Positions 20,205 to 30,885 of a DNA stretch of 64,000 bases are shown here, one piece after another. The stretch comes from a virus. Lineage: Duplodnaviria; Caudoviricetes. The translations under genes were made by a program, and so were the position numbers. Within the stretch, counting starts at the first letter, position 1. Every line of letters begins with the position of its first letter. The notes under the pieces were generated by a model, which saw nothing but the letters and a program-made list of their open reading frames with translations, was not told the origin of the DNA and ran no database searches. Location of the stretch: the IMG/VR virus record IMGVR_UViG_3300031998_000010. One strand, written 5' to 3'.

Positions 20205-21120
20205 CTAATGCTTGTATACTGGGAATATTCTTAAACCTGAGCAATGCGGCTAAGTAGATGATATATAATGAAGCATCTGAAGAATAGCCTTCTCTTAATT
20301 GCTTAAGTGCCTTATATGTATGATTAAACATCCAATACACATCATACCTTGTCCATTGTTTGCTAACCTTCTGCAAAGGAGATTGTGTATACTTATTATC
20401 AAGACATTTATCTAATTCTATCATTGTTCTAAGTATAGTGTATAATATGTTTTGAATATCACCTTCAAAATGTTCTGACATATAAACTAACGATGTAAAA
20501 TCTCTATTGGCAACAGCCATCATCAAATCAGAATCAGTATAAGTTGTATCTAAGCCAAACAGATATTTTATTTGACCTTCAGATAATGTTACTTTATCCT
20601 GAATTGAGTAAAGACATCTTGCAATATTTTTAGCTTGATAGTAATCTGAAGCTACATTAGCAGAAATCTTACAATATTCATCTTTTAACTCAGGAAAATC
20701 AGACTTAAGATACTTAATGATAAATTTAGTATCTATATGATTTACTATTGCAGTATTCTCAGGAAAGAATTTATCACATTTAGTGACATCTCCGTCGGCT
20801 TCAAAGATTAATACAATACAGCCGTTAATGTTGCACTTTTTAATTCGTTGAGCAAATTCACCGTTCTTCTCAGACAATTTACTCAAAAAAGTTTTATCGT
20901 ACCTAATAACATAAACAGAAGGAGGAATAGGAATGAGTTGTTTCTTCTCCATCGAAGCAATCAAATCTACAACACTAGAGTGCTCAATTCTCTTACCTAT
21001 CTTAGATTCAAGTATGTCAATATACTTCTCTTTGATTCCAAATTCTGTTCCACCTAAGATATAAAAATTCTTAGGTGTATCTCCCATTATACTTAGACCG
21101 AGTTCTTGAATAGTTAACAT
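20197..21120 (-). CDS. clamp loader delta-like subunit (HolA-like)
   Basis: N-terminal FYILGGTE resembles delta YLLxGxE; size and adjacency to delta-prime. Confidence 0.55.
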   Translation of the reverse strand: MLTIQELGLSIMGDTPKNFYILGGTEFGIKEKYIDILESKIGKRIEHSSVVDLIASMEKKQLIPIPPSVYVIRYDKTFLSKLSEKNGEFAQRIKKCNINGCIVLIFEADGDVTKCDKFFPENTAIVNHIDTKFIIKYLKSDFPELKDEYCKISANVASDYYQAKNIARCLYSIQDKVTLSEGQIKYLFGLDTTYTDSDLMMAVANRDFTSLVYMSEHFEGDIQNILYTILRTMIELDKCLDNKYTQSPLQKVSKQWTRYDVYWMFNHTYKALKQLREGYSSDASLYIIYLAALLRFKNIPSIQALGE

Positions 21121-21129
21121 TGTTCACCT

Positions 21130-21489
21130 TTAATCTTCAACACCTAATTCTTCAAATATTTTCTTCATCTTAGGAAACTGTCTGGCAATCCAATCCACTA
21201 CAAAATCTTCATCTTCTGTGCGGTCAAAATGATATGTCAATCCACTTTCTTCAAAAAACGCATGAATTACCTCATGGCGATATACTTTGTTAACATATAT
21301 TTCTAAGTTTTCAGAAGTTTTAGGGTTATGTGTTTTACCATTAGCTTCGTCAATTAAATCTTGGTCTATAACAATCTTTTTAGAAAATTGTTCATGATAC
21401 CCAAAACATTTTTCTAATTTAACATCATCTGAATTTTTGTGATATTCAATCTTGTATTCCTGACCTAAAACAGTTATTTTATTCTTCAT
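21130..21489 (-). CDS. HExxH putative metallopeptidase-like phage protein
   Basis: RHEVIHAFFEESG. Confidence 0.6.
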   Translation of the reverse strand: MKNKITVLGQEYKIEYHKNSDDVKLEKCFGYHEQFSKKIVIDQDLIDEANGKTHNPKTSENLEIYVNKVYRHEVIHAFFEESGLTYHFDRTEDEDFVVDWIARQFPKMKKIFEELGVED

Positions 21490-21492
21490 TTC

Positions 21493-21774
21493 TTAAATAT
21501 CTCCCATCATTTCACCTGGATTCTCATAATAATGCGATATTAAACAAATATTGCTTGCATGAGTTAAATAAGTTACATCATCTATAGTAATCTGTAGCTG
21601 GTCTCCATCCTCATAATCTCGCCAACTTTGAACCTTACCTTCAATAATTTCTCCTGTCGGAAGTTTAATATACGCATAATCGAAATTATATGTAAGGTCA
21701 ACCATTTGATAATTGCAGCTAGTTAAAAGTGCAATCATTAAAACTAAAAGTAAGGCAACGAATACCTTTTTCAT
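21493..21774 (-). CDS. phage lipoprotein
   Basis: Signal peptide with lipobox LTSC. Confidence 0.7.
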   Translation of the reverse strand: MKKVFVALLLVLMIALLTSCNYQMVDLTYNFDYAYIKLPTGEIIEGKVQSWRDYEDGDQLQITIDDVTYLTHASNICLISHYYENPGEMMGDI

Positions 21775-22283
21775 GATTCAAATTGCTCCTGATAAAATTT
21801 CTTAAATTCATCTAACGTCATTATTGCTAACGATTCATCTCCAAAGTTGTCTATGAAGAAATTTATCGTACTTGCACAGTAATGTTTATTATACAATGCT
21901 TTAGCAGATTCATTTGAAAATGTAATAGTATTACCTGAAGTAGAAGTATTAACTAAATTTAATATTTGATTAATACTTTCTGAAGTAATTACTCTTTTTG
22001 GTATCATGACCCAAGTATTTGCAGGTTTTTGAGTCCCATTATCTGTAATTAATGCCGGATACTTATTTGTTGAAATTGATTCTTTCTTAATCTTATCCCA
22101 ATGTGATTTGACAAATACTACGTTAGGTTGCTCATCCACATGTGTTTTGCATTCTACAATATAATGTTCATTTTTGACATCTCCTGGGCGAAAAGGTCGC
22201 GCACCACTCCCAGTGACGACCTTCCAACCCATGAAATTTGCAACCATCTTTTCTTGTTTTGTTGACGCTTCTTTATTCGTCAC
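21771..22283 (-). CDS. Holliday junction resolvase-like PD-(D/E)XK nuclease
   Basis: QE..VA..GSGA..GDV..VECKT. Confidence 0.7.
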   Translation of the reverse strand: MTNKEASTKQEKMVANFMGWKVVTGSGARPFRPGDVKNEHYIVECKTHVDEQPNVVFVKSHWDKIKKESISTNKYPALITDNGTQKPANTWVMIPKRVITSESINQILNLVNTSTSGNTITFSNESAKALYNKHYCASTINFFIDNFGDESLAIMTLDEFKKFYQEQFES

Positions 22284-23433
22284 CTGAAAACTCCTCTAAT
22301 TCAACTTGACCCATATTTGCATTAATGTAAGTACAAAGTTTATCATAATATTCTGGATGATTCTGCAAGTAGTCATATACTTTTGCTAATCCATTTACTT
22401 TAACGATACTTCCGTCTACTTCAAGAGGCTCTTTAGTATCAGGGTCACAGAATGTGAACCATGCTCCGCCTTTTCTAATTAATTCATACTGCTTAATTGC
22501 AAGATTAGCATACTCGTAATCAACTCTCAAGCCTGATTGGGCCATAAGATAATAAGTTCCTAACTTTCTATCAAAAGGAGCAGACTTCTGCTTAACTACT
22601 TTTACATTTATTAAGTAACCAGCAGGATTTTCAGCCTTCATAGGAAGTTCTCCTCCAAGGAAATCAACAGGATTTCCAAGCTTAAATGAAAGTCTCAAGG
22701 AAGCATAGAATTTGATTGCTTCTCCTCCAGGTGTTTGGTCTGCATAAGGGTTATCCATACTAACTCTCAACTGATTGATATATATCATAGTACAATCATA
22801 TCTAGTAAGTAATGGAGTAATTTTTCTACAGAATATTGTCATCAATCCGGCAAGAGATGCAACAGTTCTTTCACCAAATTTTTTATCTAACTCAGAAGCT
22901 GTAACTAACGAAGGAATAGAATCCAATACAATAAGTCCAACTTCTCCAGATTCAATTAATTCCTGAACACTCTGTAGAATCTGTTCTGCAGGAATATCAG
23001 GCGGTTGCATTATCTCAATTGCTTTATTAGTAATTCCTAAAGTAGCTGCCCACTTTCTACTAAATGAATGCTCAAGGTCAATATAAAGGATTTTCTTTGG
23101 ACCTCTGTCACGAAGGTCAGATAATTCTGTCTTATACTCCTTTTTGCCTTCATTTACTTTTTCTTCTAATTCTTGTACTTCAGCTTCGTACTCGGAATTA
23201 AACAAATCTAAAGCACCTTTGCAGATATCAATAGCAGTTGTCGATTTACCGCCTCCAGGCACTCCATAAAACTCTGTGATAGCATTTCTAGGAATTCCAC
23301 CGTAAGTTACCCAGTTAAGTGAAGGTGAAGAAAATGGAATCTTTCTACCTGACGCTTTATTGACACTTTCCATTAATTCAGGACAAGCCCAATCTTTTTC
23401 ACACTTTTTGATAATTTCACTAAATGTTGACAT
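22273..23433 (-). CDS. recA: RecA/UvsX-like recombinase
   Basis: GVPGGGKST, IVLDSI, INQLR, PGGEAIKFYAS; start likely MSTFSE (GGAGGAG SD). Confidence 0.9.
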   Translation of the reverse strand: MSTFSEIIKKCEKDWACPELMESVNKASGRKIPFSSPSLNWVTYGGIPRNAITEFYGVPGGGKSTTAIDICKGALDLFNSEYEAEVQELEEKVNEGKKEYKTELSDLRDRGPKKILYIDLEHSFSRKWAATLGITNKAIEIMQPPDIPAEQILQSVQELIESGEVGLIVLDSIPSLVTASELDKKFGERTVASLAGLMTIFCRKITPLLTRYDCTMIYINQLRVSMDNPYADQTPGGEAIKFYASLRLSFKLGNPVDFLGGELPMKAENPAGYLINVKVVKQKSAPFDRKLGTYYLMAQSGLRVDYEYANLAIKQYELIRKGGAWFTFCDPDTKEPLEVDGSIVKVNGLAKVYDYLQNHPEYYDKLCTYINANMGQVELEEFSGDE

Positions 23434-23953
23434 TCGGCAAATCTCCTCCATGAATATACTGCTGTCTCTTGATAGGAGTATAATCCGGCAAGCTATTTGC
23501 TTCATTGATAGGATTTACTTGTTCTGTACGTTTTCTAGCATCCCAAACCTTCTTTGCTCCCATTATCAATTCTTTAGAAAAAGAAAGTTTGCTCTCTACT
23601 TTACTAATAACACAACTATAGACAATTGACATAAGACGATATTCTTCGTCAATGCTTTCCTGTGTTTGATTCTTACGCTGTTTAATAGTTAATTTGATAA
23701 TTTCATTATGCTGCTTAAACTGTGCAAGTGCATCTGATGCTGCCATCAATTCCAAAGGAAGGGAAGTAATAATCCATTCAAGTTCTTTATCAGTAATTGC
23801 TTTATCTGTATCTTGAAATCGAGCATACATTTCAGCTTCCCTTACGAAGTATTTGGCGAAATACTTATTATAAATATCTAATACAACATCATCTGCAGAC
23901 TTGAAATCGTCTTTCAGTGCCTCCATTGCATTTGATATTGAACTCAAAATCAA
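23420..23953 (-). CDS. helical hypothetical protein upstream of recA (possible recombination mediator)
   Basis: 177 aa; function positional only. Confidence 0.55.
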   Translation of the reverse strand: MILSSISNAMEALKDDFKSADDVVLDIYNKYFAKYFVREAEMYARFQDTDKAITDKELEWIITSLPLELMAASDALAQFKQHNEIIKLTIKQRKNQTQESIDEEYRLMSIVYSCVISKVESKLSFSKELIMGAKKVWDARKRTEQVNPINEANSLPDYTPIKRQQYIHGGDLPNVNI

Positions 23954-24132
23954 TCACCTCCTTTAGGCATTGATGTTTTCTCTATTGCTTTACGCTGAAT
24001 AGAAATCTTCATATCAGCATCCTCAGGAAATTCACTAAATTCTGCTCTAACAAGCATCATTGCAATTCCTAATGTCATACCTCTTGCTAAAACTGTATCT
24101 CCAACTAATACAGAGTATTCATAATCGTTCAT
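23950..24132 (-). CDS. hypothetical protein
   Basis: 60 aa, GAGG SD. Confidence 0.65.
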   Translation of the reverse strand: MNDYEYSVLVGDTVLARGMTLGIAMMLVRAEFSEFPEDADMKISIQRKAIEKTSMPKGGD

Positions 24133-24140
24133 ATTTTACC

Positions 24141-25166
24141 TCATTTCTTAACAGGACTCAACAAATATGTTAATGCAGTCTCTACTTGATACTGAGTTGT
24201 TCTCAAATCCTTGTTCATTGCTAATAATACATTTGCAAGTTTAAGGCATAAGACTGCATGAGCCTCTGTATAGTTAGCAAGTTTATCTGCATACTGAGAA
24301 GGTATCATAGTAGCTCCAATGTCCTTCATATAGATATACTTGATAATGTTGCATAAGAATGAATGATAGCCTTCAAACCATTTTACAAAGTTTGTACCAG
24401 AATTGTAGACCTCATCTACTATTTTAGTTACATTCTCGTTGTCCCTCTTAACTAGATGATTGAGAAGCATAAAATATGTATTGTAATCAGGAAGGTCTAA
24501 TGCCTCACTAACATTGGCAAGAGTCACTTCTTTACTAAAAGCAAGACACCTATCAAGATTAGTTAAACTATCTCTCATTCCTCCATTTGACAACCTAGCA
24601 ATATAGTTTAATGCTTCTTCATCAAATGTAATATTTTGTCCTTCTTTGTTTTCCTGTTCAATTACATATCGTAATCTATTCTGTATTCCTTTAGTACTTA
24701 TTTTTGACAATCTGAATGTCTGTACTCTTGATAAAATCGTAGCCGGAATTTTTTCAGGGTTTGTAGTACAGAATAAAAAGATAGACTTTGCAGGCTGCTC
24801 CTCAAGTGTCTTAAGAAATACTTGAAATGCTTGAGAAGATATTGAATGAACCTCGTCTATAATAAATATCTTGTATTTCATTCCTACAGGAAATGTTGCT
24901 GCCTGAGAAGTTATCTGCCTAATTTCTTCAGTACTTCCATGAGATGCTGCGTCTAATTCAATAGGCTCACCTTTACCTTCATTGAGCTCATTTGCTATGA
25001 TACGCGAAATTGTCGTCTTGCCCGTACCCGCGGGTCCAATGAATAAGAAATTTCTATTAGGAAGCTTCTCAGATTCACACATCTGCTTTACTAAAGATAC
25101 TACTAACGCTTGTTCAGTCATATCCTCGAATTTTCGGGGCCTATATTTTACAGCGAGAGATGCCAT
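24141..25166 (-). CDS. dnaX: clamp loader gamma/tau-like subunit (DnaX-like)
   Basis: LAVKYRP, GPAGTGKTT, ELDAAS, IIDEVH, LKTLEE, TILSR, GGMRD. Confidence 0.9.
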   Translation of the reverse strand: MASLAVKYRPRKFEDMTEQALVVSLVKQMCESEKLPNRNFLFIGPAGTGKTTISRIIANELNEGKGEPIELDAASHGSTEEIRQITSQAATFPVGMKYKIFIIDEVHSISSQAFQVFLKTLEEQPAKSIFLFCTTNPEKIPATILSRVQTFRLSKISTKGIQNRLRYVIEQENKEGQNITFDEEALNYIARLSNGGMRDSLTNLDRCLAFSKEVTLANVSEALDLPDYNTYFMLLNHLVKRDNENVTKIVDEVYNSGTNFVKWFEGYHSFLCNIIKYIYMKDIGATMIPSQYADKLANYTEAHAVLCLKLANVLLAMNKDLRTTQYQVETALTYLLSPVKK

Positions 25167-25206
25167 CGGTATCCTCCTTTAATGTTTTCTTCTATACTAT
25201 AACGAT

Positions 25207-25977
25207 TCACCACTGCTTGCATCTTTCGTAGTATCTGCAATATCCGGGAGTGCAATATCTCAAATCAACAGGCTTAGGAGGAGCAATATTCTTTGCTACA
25301 CAATCCTGAACTTCCCTGAACATATTCCACATTCCTTGCATATCACTATCGGATACTCGGACTTCGTAACATTTCAAATCGCCATACATTCTATCTTGAT
25401 AAAGGACTAATGCTCTATGCAAATTGAGTAATGTACAATAACATTTTACTTGGTCTAAGTGATTAGATTTTACATCTGTGAGCTTCTCAAAGCTTGTGTG
25501 GTCTGACGACTTAATTTCTAATAATGAATATTCATTTTCAAATTTTATTAAGCCATCAGGTGCAAATTTAATCGGAGGGTCAACAATAGATATTCTTGTT
25601 TCAAACCCCATCTGCTCGCATGTATACTTATAGGGAGGATTTAAACTGGCAAGATACTCCTTTACATCTAACCAATCACAGCCTAAAGAATTTATCAAAG
25701 TAGACTGAATGATATGATGACAAGCAGTACCCATATCTGCAGTAAATTGAAGTCCTCTATCAACTGCCTTTTCAGCTTCGGGTTCTACTCCTCTAAGTCT
25801 GAACCAACTGACTCTTTTGCACCTAATAGACGAAGGTGCAAAAGTAGCCGAGGGTTTTTCTGCTTCCTGATTTTTGATGAAAGTATCTACAGCATTTTCA
25901 TAATAATCTAGGAAATTACTACTGAGAGAAGAATTGAACCTTGCAACTCTAAAATTCTCTACAGGTTGAAATGCCAT
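25207..25977 (-). CDS. Cas4-like PD-(D/E)XK exonuclease
   Basis: PSSIRC, GTACH, PDG, EIKS, QxxxY and three C-terminal Cys. Confidence 0.75.
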   Translation of the reverse strand: MAFQPVENFRVARFNSSLSSNFLDYYENAVDTFIKNQEAEKPSATFAPSSIRCKRVSWFRLRGVEPEAEKAVDRGLQFTADMGTACHHIIQSTLINSLGCDWLDVKEYLASLNPPYKYTCEQMGFETRISIVDPPIKFAPDGLIKFENEYSLLEIKSSDHTSFEKLTDVKSNHLDQVKCYCTLLNLHRALVLYQDRMYGDLKCYEVRVSDSDMQGMWNMFREVQDCVAKNIAPPKPVDLRYCTPGYCRYYERCKQW

Positions 25978-25980
25978 ATA

Positions 25981-27084
25981 TTACTCCTGGAATGCTAATA
26001 CGATTGCCAAATTATCTGTCCAGAAAAGACTTCCTGAAAGCTCGCCTTCATTGTAGACAGGGCCAATCTTGATTCTATCACTATCGATGCTAGAGAAAAT
26101 TGACTTGAAGAAAGTTGACTTGAAATCTCCGGCATAATCGTTAAGCTCGCCTGTCTTTGTAATATCAAGTTTGAAATCACCTGAACCTCTATTAAGTGTG
26201 AGTGTATTATTCTCTACCTTAAACGAAGTTGACGTATCCTGAGATGTAGCAACGATATCTGCCTGATTCAGGAACTTGATAATAGGAGCTACATCTACTT
26301 CAATGTAAGACTCCGGCTTATTTAATGTTCCAAGAATTGCTTCTGAATTGTAGCTACCAACGCCTTCGTCTGTCTCATATTCAGGAATAAACTGAGAAGT
26401 AAGTGTATATCCGTCTGTATTTACGCTAAGGACATAACTATTGTCTACTTTCTTAATCTTGGAACCTTCAGGAAGATTAGTAAAGAGATTGATGATAGTA
26501 GGATTCAAAAGACAAGTAGAACCGAGATTTGACTTATTAGACAATGTAAAGATAACATTATCAATATCTCCTACGATTACTTTACTATCTGCACCAACCC
26601 AAACTTTGGTATAGACAGGATGAATCATCCAAACAGAAATAGCAAACATCTGGTGTTCCTTAACAAACTTCCAATCACCTGACTTTAATTCAATACCATC
26701 TGCTGAATCTGTTGTTGCTGGCCTATTTAATGAAAGATTATTAGAATCAATCAACTTAGGAAGTGTGAATTTGCTTGAACCTGAATGGAGTGCAATTCCT
26801 CCGTCTACATATTCAATTGTTGTGATATCCTTATCAAAGGAATCAATCAACTGCCTAAGAAGTGAACAATCAACAAAAATTGTTTCTGCTGTATCAGAAT
26901 CACCCGAACCTCTGAGAACTATCTCTGTGTAAATAGAGGGTGCTTCAATGTTAATTCTCAAATTCTCTCTGTCTGCTGTAACCTGAGCAAGGCAGCTCTT
27001 CTGATTGAATTTAGAAATATTTTCCTTAATAATTCCTAAATCCACTGCATTCTGTAACGGCTTTGTTGACAATGTAAATTTCAT
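25981..27084 (-). CDS. sliding clamp, DNA Pol III beta-like
   Basis: 367 aa (beta-clamp size), MKFTL start, beta-rich; lies between polymerase and clamp loader. Confidence 0.65.
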   Translation of the reverse strand: MKFTLSTKPLQNAVDLGIIKENISKFNQKSCLAQVTADRENLRINIEAPSIYTEIVLRGSGDSDTAETIFVDCSLLRQLIDSFDKDITTIEYVDGGIALHSGSSKFTLPKLIDSNNLSLNRPATTDSADGIELKSGDWKFVKEHQMFAISVWMIHPVYTKVWVGADSKVIVGDIDNVIFTLSNKSNLGSTCLLNPTIINLFTNLPEGSKIKKVDNSYVLSVNTDGYTLTSQFIPEYETDEGVGSYNSEAILGTLNKPESYIEVDVAPIIKFLNQADIVATSQDTSTSFKVENNTLTLNRGSGDFKLDITKTGELNDYAGDFKSTFFKSIFSSIDSDRIKIGPVYNEGELSGSLFWTDNLAIVLAFQE

Positions 27085-27105
27085 TTTGATTTCTCCTTTA
27101 TATTG

Positions 27106-29937
27106 TTATTTAATTATGTCTCCGTTTACTCTGTGAAATATGTTATCCATAAATTCAGGTAATGTTATATTATGCCGATGTAAATAATCATTAACTGCAT
27201 TTTCTGTTTCTTGAGACCATACTCCATTTACTCCTAAAGCAGCATCGCCGAGAGGCTTCTTGCCGTCTTTGTCTTTATACACAGGCAAAGTATACTCACA
27301 CTCAAATAGATGATATTGTATCCATTTGATTTGTGACTCAGTTAAACTGCTAAAAGGATTTTCATTGTTTAACGATTCGGGTCTTTCATATTCACAAGGA
27401 TAACTGAGACCATACCATCTATAAGATGTTTCTACATCGCAATTAATTGTAAAAGGTAAAAAGCTTCCTGCCTCACTCATTAGTGAACCTAACAACTCTC
27501 CAGCTCTTTTTGCATTACGAATGGGGACTTCAGCTATCAACTCATCGTGTACAGGCAACAGTATTCTTGCACCTAACTCACACCATTCTTTATTGTTAAA
27601 AATTTTCAATAATGCAATTTTTGTTAAATCTGCGGCACTTCCCTGTACCTGTGAGTTGACGCATTTCCTTGATGCATCTGTAATCTTTCGTGAATTATTG
27701 ATAACCCTGATATGCTCACCATCTAATCGCTTTGTTGCTTTAACAATCATTCCATAATATTTGTAATTAGCAAATTCCTTTTCTAATTGTCTAACAATTC
27801 TTTCGGGAATTTCATTTTTATTTTGAAGAGTGCTAGGGTCAAGAGGGTCTACATCAGGATTAACATATCCCTTACCTGCCTTGAATTCAAAGGGCTTCAA
27901 CTGCATATCAGGAATGTGCCTACGTCTACCTAAAATAGTTTCAACATATCCAAACTTTCGTGCATTAGCTTGTGACCTATCCATGAACGCCTTAAGATTA
28001 GGGAACGCTTCAAGTACTGCATCATACACTCCTTGTGCTGCCTTAGTCCTCTCCTCATCTGTCATCTGCTTATTAGCACCGAATAAATTTTCACCTAAAG
28101 AAGGGATAGAAAGGCCATAAGTTACGCCTAATACTATACCTTTTGCTTGAGACCTTCTCTCTTTACCATCTCGATTAACTTGGTCTGTTTTCTTACCATT
28201 TTCATCAAGATAAAACTCACAACATTCTTCATAAGGCTTCTTAAATGCAAGAGAAGCAATTGTAGAATAAATATCTTTACCTTCCTTAAATGCTTTCATC
28301 ATATTAGCATCTTGAGAGATATAACTCAAAAGTTTAGGTTCTTGCTGGGAATAGTCTGATGACATAATAACATATGGTGGAGTTGTATGCTTAATGCTAT
28401 CAACTGTCGAAGAATCAAATGATATAGTAGTATAAGGTAAATTATGAATAATATTACTAATTTTTAATGCACTTTTGATTGAGATAATCTCATCTCCAAT
28501 GCACAAATCTATTACATCTTTTTGATATCCGCCATTTAGTGTAACCGAATCATAGCTACCAAGAGTAATTTGTAATTGATTATCAATCAACTCACAAGCA
28601 TCTGTCTTTTCCTTAGCAGGAGTTGCTCTAAATTCATGCCTGACATCTAAGGCATGTGAAGGTATCTGCTGAAGGTTGGGGCTGGCGCTTGACATTCTGC
28701 CGGTTGCCGCCCCCATGCTTGAGAAAGTTGCATGAATTCTGCCATCTTTTGCAACCTCTCTTGGAAGTTTATCAATAAATGTATTGAGTAATTTATTGAT
28801 TGCTCGTACTTGCAATATTTGATTCGTGATAGGAAGATTAAGTTCTTTCAATATATCTTTCTTCCCAGAATCTACATCCTGGTGCATGAAGTTATTAAGC
28901 AAATATTTTACTTGCGGAGGACTTGCTTCGTTGAATGCTGCGCCATTCTTAAAAGGAGATTTAGAAATTGTTATTGCATCAGATTCATCCATTACCTCTT
29001 GGACCATTCCAAAGAGTTTATTGAGTTCTTCTTGATAACGCTTCGCGTATTTCTCCTTTAAGATATCTCTATCAGCTTTATCAAAGTAAATACCTACTCT
29101 ATGCATTAATGCACAAACACGAATCATTGGCAATTCAATGTTCCACCAAAGGTCAGCAATCTTTTCTAACTTATGCTTCTGGCACTTGGGATTTGATTTA
29201 GTTACATAAGGTAATTGCCACATGAATAATTCATATGTGATTTTAGCATCGTTTGCTGCATATAATTTAGCAACTTCCGGCTGACAATAAGGAAATAATT
29301 TTGGATTGAAGAAATCTGAGAAGGATTTAGGGTCGCCTTTTCCTTTCTTTACATATTTCATATAAAGAGCTTTCAACCTATTATCTTCTTCGTCTTCTTT
29401 AATACATCTCCAAGCAGAAATTACATCGTAATAACAAACCGGAATTAAATCTACTTTGAAATCTTTATAAATCATTGCAATATCAAAATCAGCATTAGCA
29501 AGAATCATCTTGGTTTTTGCTTCTACAAATAATTGCAATTCACTTCCAACATCTTCATAACTAAGTTGCCCTTCATAAGGTACTTCGAATACTGGAGCAA
29601 GATGTTTGCACGGTATATAGCATTCTACACCGCCTGGGTAATACAGCGATGCACCTACTATTGTATCGTGTGTCCTATCAAGTCCAGTAGTCTCAGTATC
29701 TATTCCACAATAGCCACTTTCAATTGCTTTAACTACATATTCATGTAACTGCGCCTTACTCGTGATTAATATTGCAGGGCTGTCTTTGAAGTATTCTAAT
29801 ACAGCTTTAGTGGACTCTTGAATCTCATGCTGAGAAGATGTAACACTCTTTGATACCTTTATCGGCTTGAGTACTTCTTTTGATTTCTCAGCAATCGCAT
29901 TGATTTCATCCATCTTAGCTTGACTAAATAACGGCAT
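27106..29937 (-). CDS. polA: family A DNA polymerase with 3'-5' exonuclease
   Basis: IDTETTGL, YAANDA, TGRMSSASPNLQQIP, DYSQQE, R..AK...LG..YG, VHDE. Confidence 0.92.
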   Translation of the reverse strand: MPLFSQAKMDEINAIAEKSKEVLKPIKVSKSVTSSQHEIQESTKAVLEYFKDSPAILITSKAQLHEYVVKAIESGYCGIDTETTGLDRTHDTIVGASLYYPGGVECYIPCKHLAPVFEVPYEGQLSYEDVGSELQLFVEAKTKMILANADFDIAMIYKDFKVDLIPVCYYDVISAWRCIKEDEEDNRLKALYMKYVKKGKGDPKSFSDFFNPKLFPYCQPEVAKLYAANDAKITYELFMWQLPYVTKSNPKCQKHKLEKIADLWWNIELPMIRVCALMHRVGIYFDKADRDILKEKYAKRYQEELNKLFGMVQEVMDESDAITISKSPFKNGAAFNEASPPQVKYLLNNFMHQDVDSGKKDILKELNLPITNQILQVRAINKLLNTFIDKLPREVAKDGRIHATFSSMGAATGRMSSASPNLQQIPSHALDVRHEFRATPAKEKTDACELIDNQLQITLGSYDSVTLNGGYQKDVIDLCIGDEIISIKSALKISNIIHNLPYTTISFDSSTVDSIKHTTPPYVIMSSDYSQQEPKLLSYISQDANMMKAFKEGKDIYSTIASLAFKKPYEECCEFYLDENGKKTDQVNRDGKERRSQAKGIVLGVTYGLSIPSLGENLFGANKQMTDEERTKAAQGVYDAVLEAFPNLKAFMDRSQANARKFGYVETILGRRRHIPDMQLKPFEFKAGKGYVNPDVDPLDPSTLQNKNEIPERIVRQLEKEFANYKYYGMIVKATKRLDGEHIRVINNSRKITDASRKCVNSQVQGSAADLTKIALLKIFNNKEWCELGARILLPVHDELIAEVPIRNAKRAGELLGSLMSEAGSFLPFTINCDVETSYRWYGLSYPCEYERPESLNNENPFSSLTESQIKWIQYHLFECEYTLPVYKDKDGKKPLGDAALGVNGVWSQETENAVNDYLHRHNITLPEFMDNIFHRVNGDIIK

Positions 29938-29986
29938 AATGTATCCTCGTCAATTCTAAGTTTGTAAAGATAACGAATGTAAGAAA

Positions 29987-30754
29987 TCAGAATGTAATTT
30001 CAGACTCAGGAAGAGGTTCGTTGCCATCATCTGAAGTAAAATCTTCAGAAGGTACCGGAGCCTCTCCATTTACATTAGGTGTAAAGTTTACTGCTACAGT
30101 CTCTTCTTTGGACGAAACTGCTTCTGCAGCATCTACATATGTTTCAGGAATTGATGCTTGATATCCTGCTCTAGGAATAGGAGTGTACTCCGGCATATTA
30201 GCAGCAGATTCATTTCCAGAATTCTGAAGCATTGCTGTCAATTCAGATACACTTGCATCCTTGATAACAACTGAATATGCATCAGGCATCTTTGTATTAA
30301 ACTTAGCAAGAAGTGCTCCATAAGGTCCAATAGCATTCTTACCTACTGCTTCAATACTATAAGTTGTATTGATATCATTCGGAACACCATGTCTTGTGAT
30401 TCTAAATACAAATTCTGAAGGATTAGGGAATCTATTGAATACTGTCTGCTCCATTACAGGTTCAAACTTCATATTTCTATCCCAGAATTCAATCTCATCT
30501 TTGTCAATGTTATAGATAGGAATGAACAATTTAGTCTGAACACGAATTCCTTTGCCACAAGCGGGGCAACCCTGTTCACAACAATGAACATATCCCGAAT
30601 AATCTGCTGACTTGATATAGTGTGCCTGTGCAACTAACATATCCTTCATAGACTGATAAAGAAAGATTACGTCTGCATGGTCACCATCATTGACAAGCCT
30701 AAAGAGGCCGTGATAACGGTCGTCGTTGAATTGTTCTACGGATTTGAAAGCCAT
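29987..30754 (-). CDS. single-stranded DNA-binding protein (gp32-like, Zn-binding)
   Basis: H..HCCEQGCPAC, FRITRHG..TTY, acidic tail ending in F. Confidence 0.65.
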   Translation of the reverse strand: MAFKSVEQFNDDRYHGLFRLVNDGDHADVIFLYQSMKDMLVAQAHYIKSADYSGYVHCCEQGCPACGKGIRVQTKLFIPIYNIDKDEIEFWDRNMKFEPVMEQTVFNRFPNPSEFVFRITRHGVPNDINTTYSIEAVGKNAIGPYGALLAKFNTKMPDAYSVVIKDASVSELTAMLQNSGNESAANMPEYTPIPRAGYQASIPETYVDAAEAVSSKEETVAVNFTPNVNGEAPVPSEDFTSDDGNEPLPESEITF

Positions 30755-30885
30755 AATAAAAATTTCCTCCTGTTGATATGTGTTGATTTATTTCATGTGG
30801 GCTTTCGTATCCTGTACTCTTGCACTTGTTGATGTTCAACTACAACCTACATTATTTATATCATACTTTAACGATTCGCCATTTT

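Noticed and set aside
25207-25977. Cas4-like gene as sign of a CRISPR-Cas locus
   Set aside because: No repeat-spacer array or other cas genes seen; standalone Cas4-like nucleases are common in phage replication modules.
28381-28620. Active intein in the polymerase
   Set aside because: Too short and lacks Cys/Ser1 in register and the terminal His-Asn; kept only as a degenerate-insert finding.
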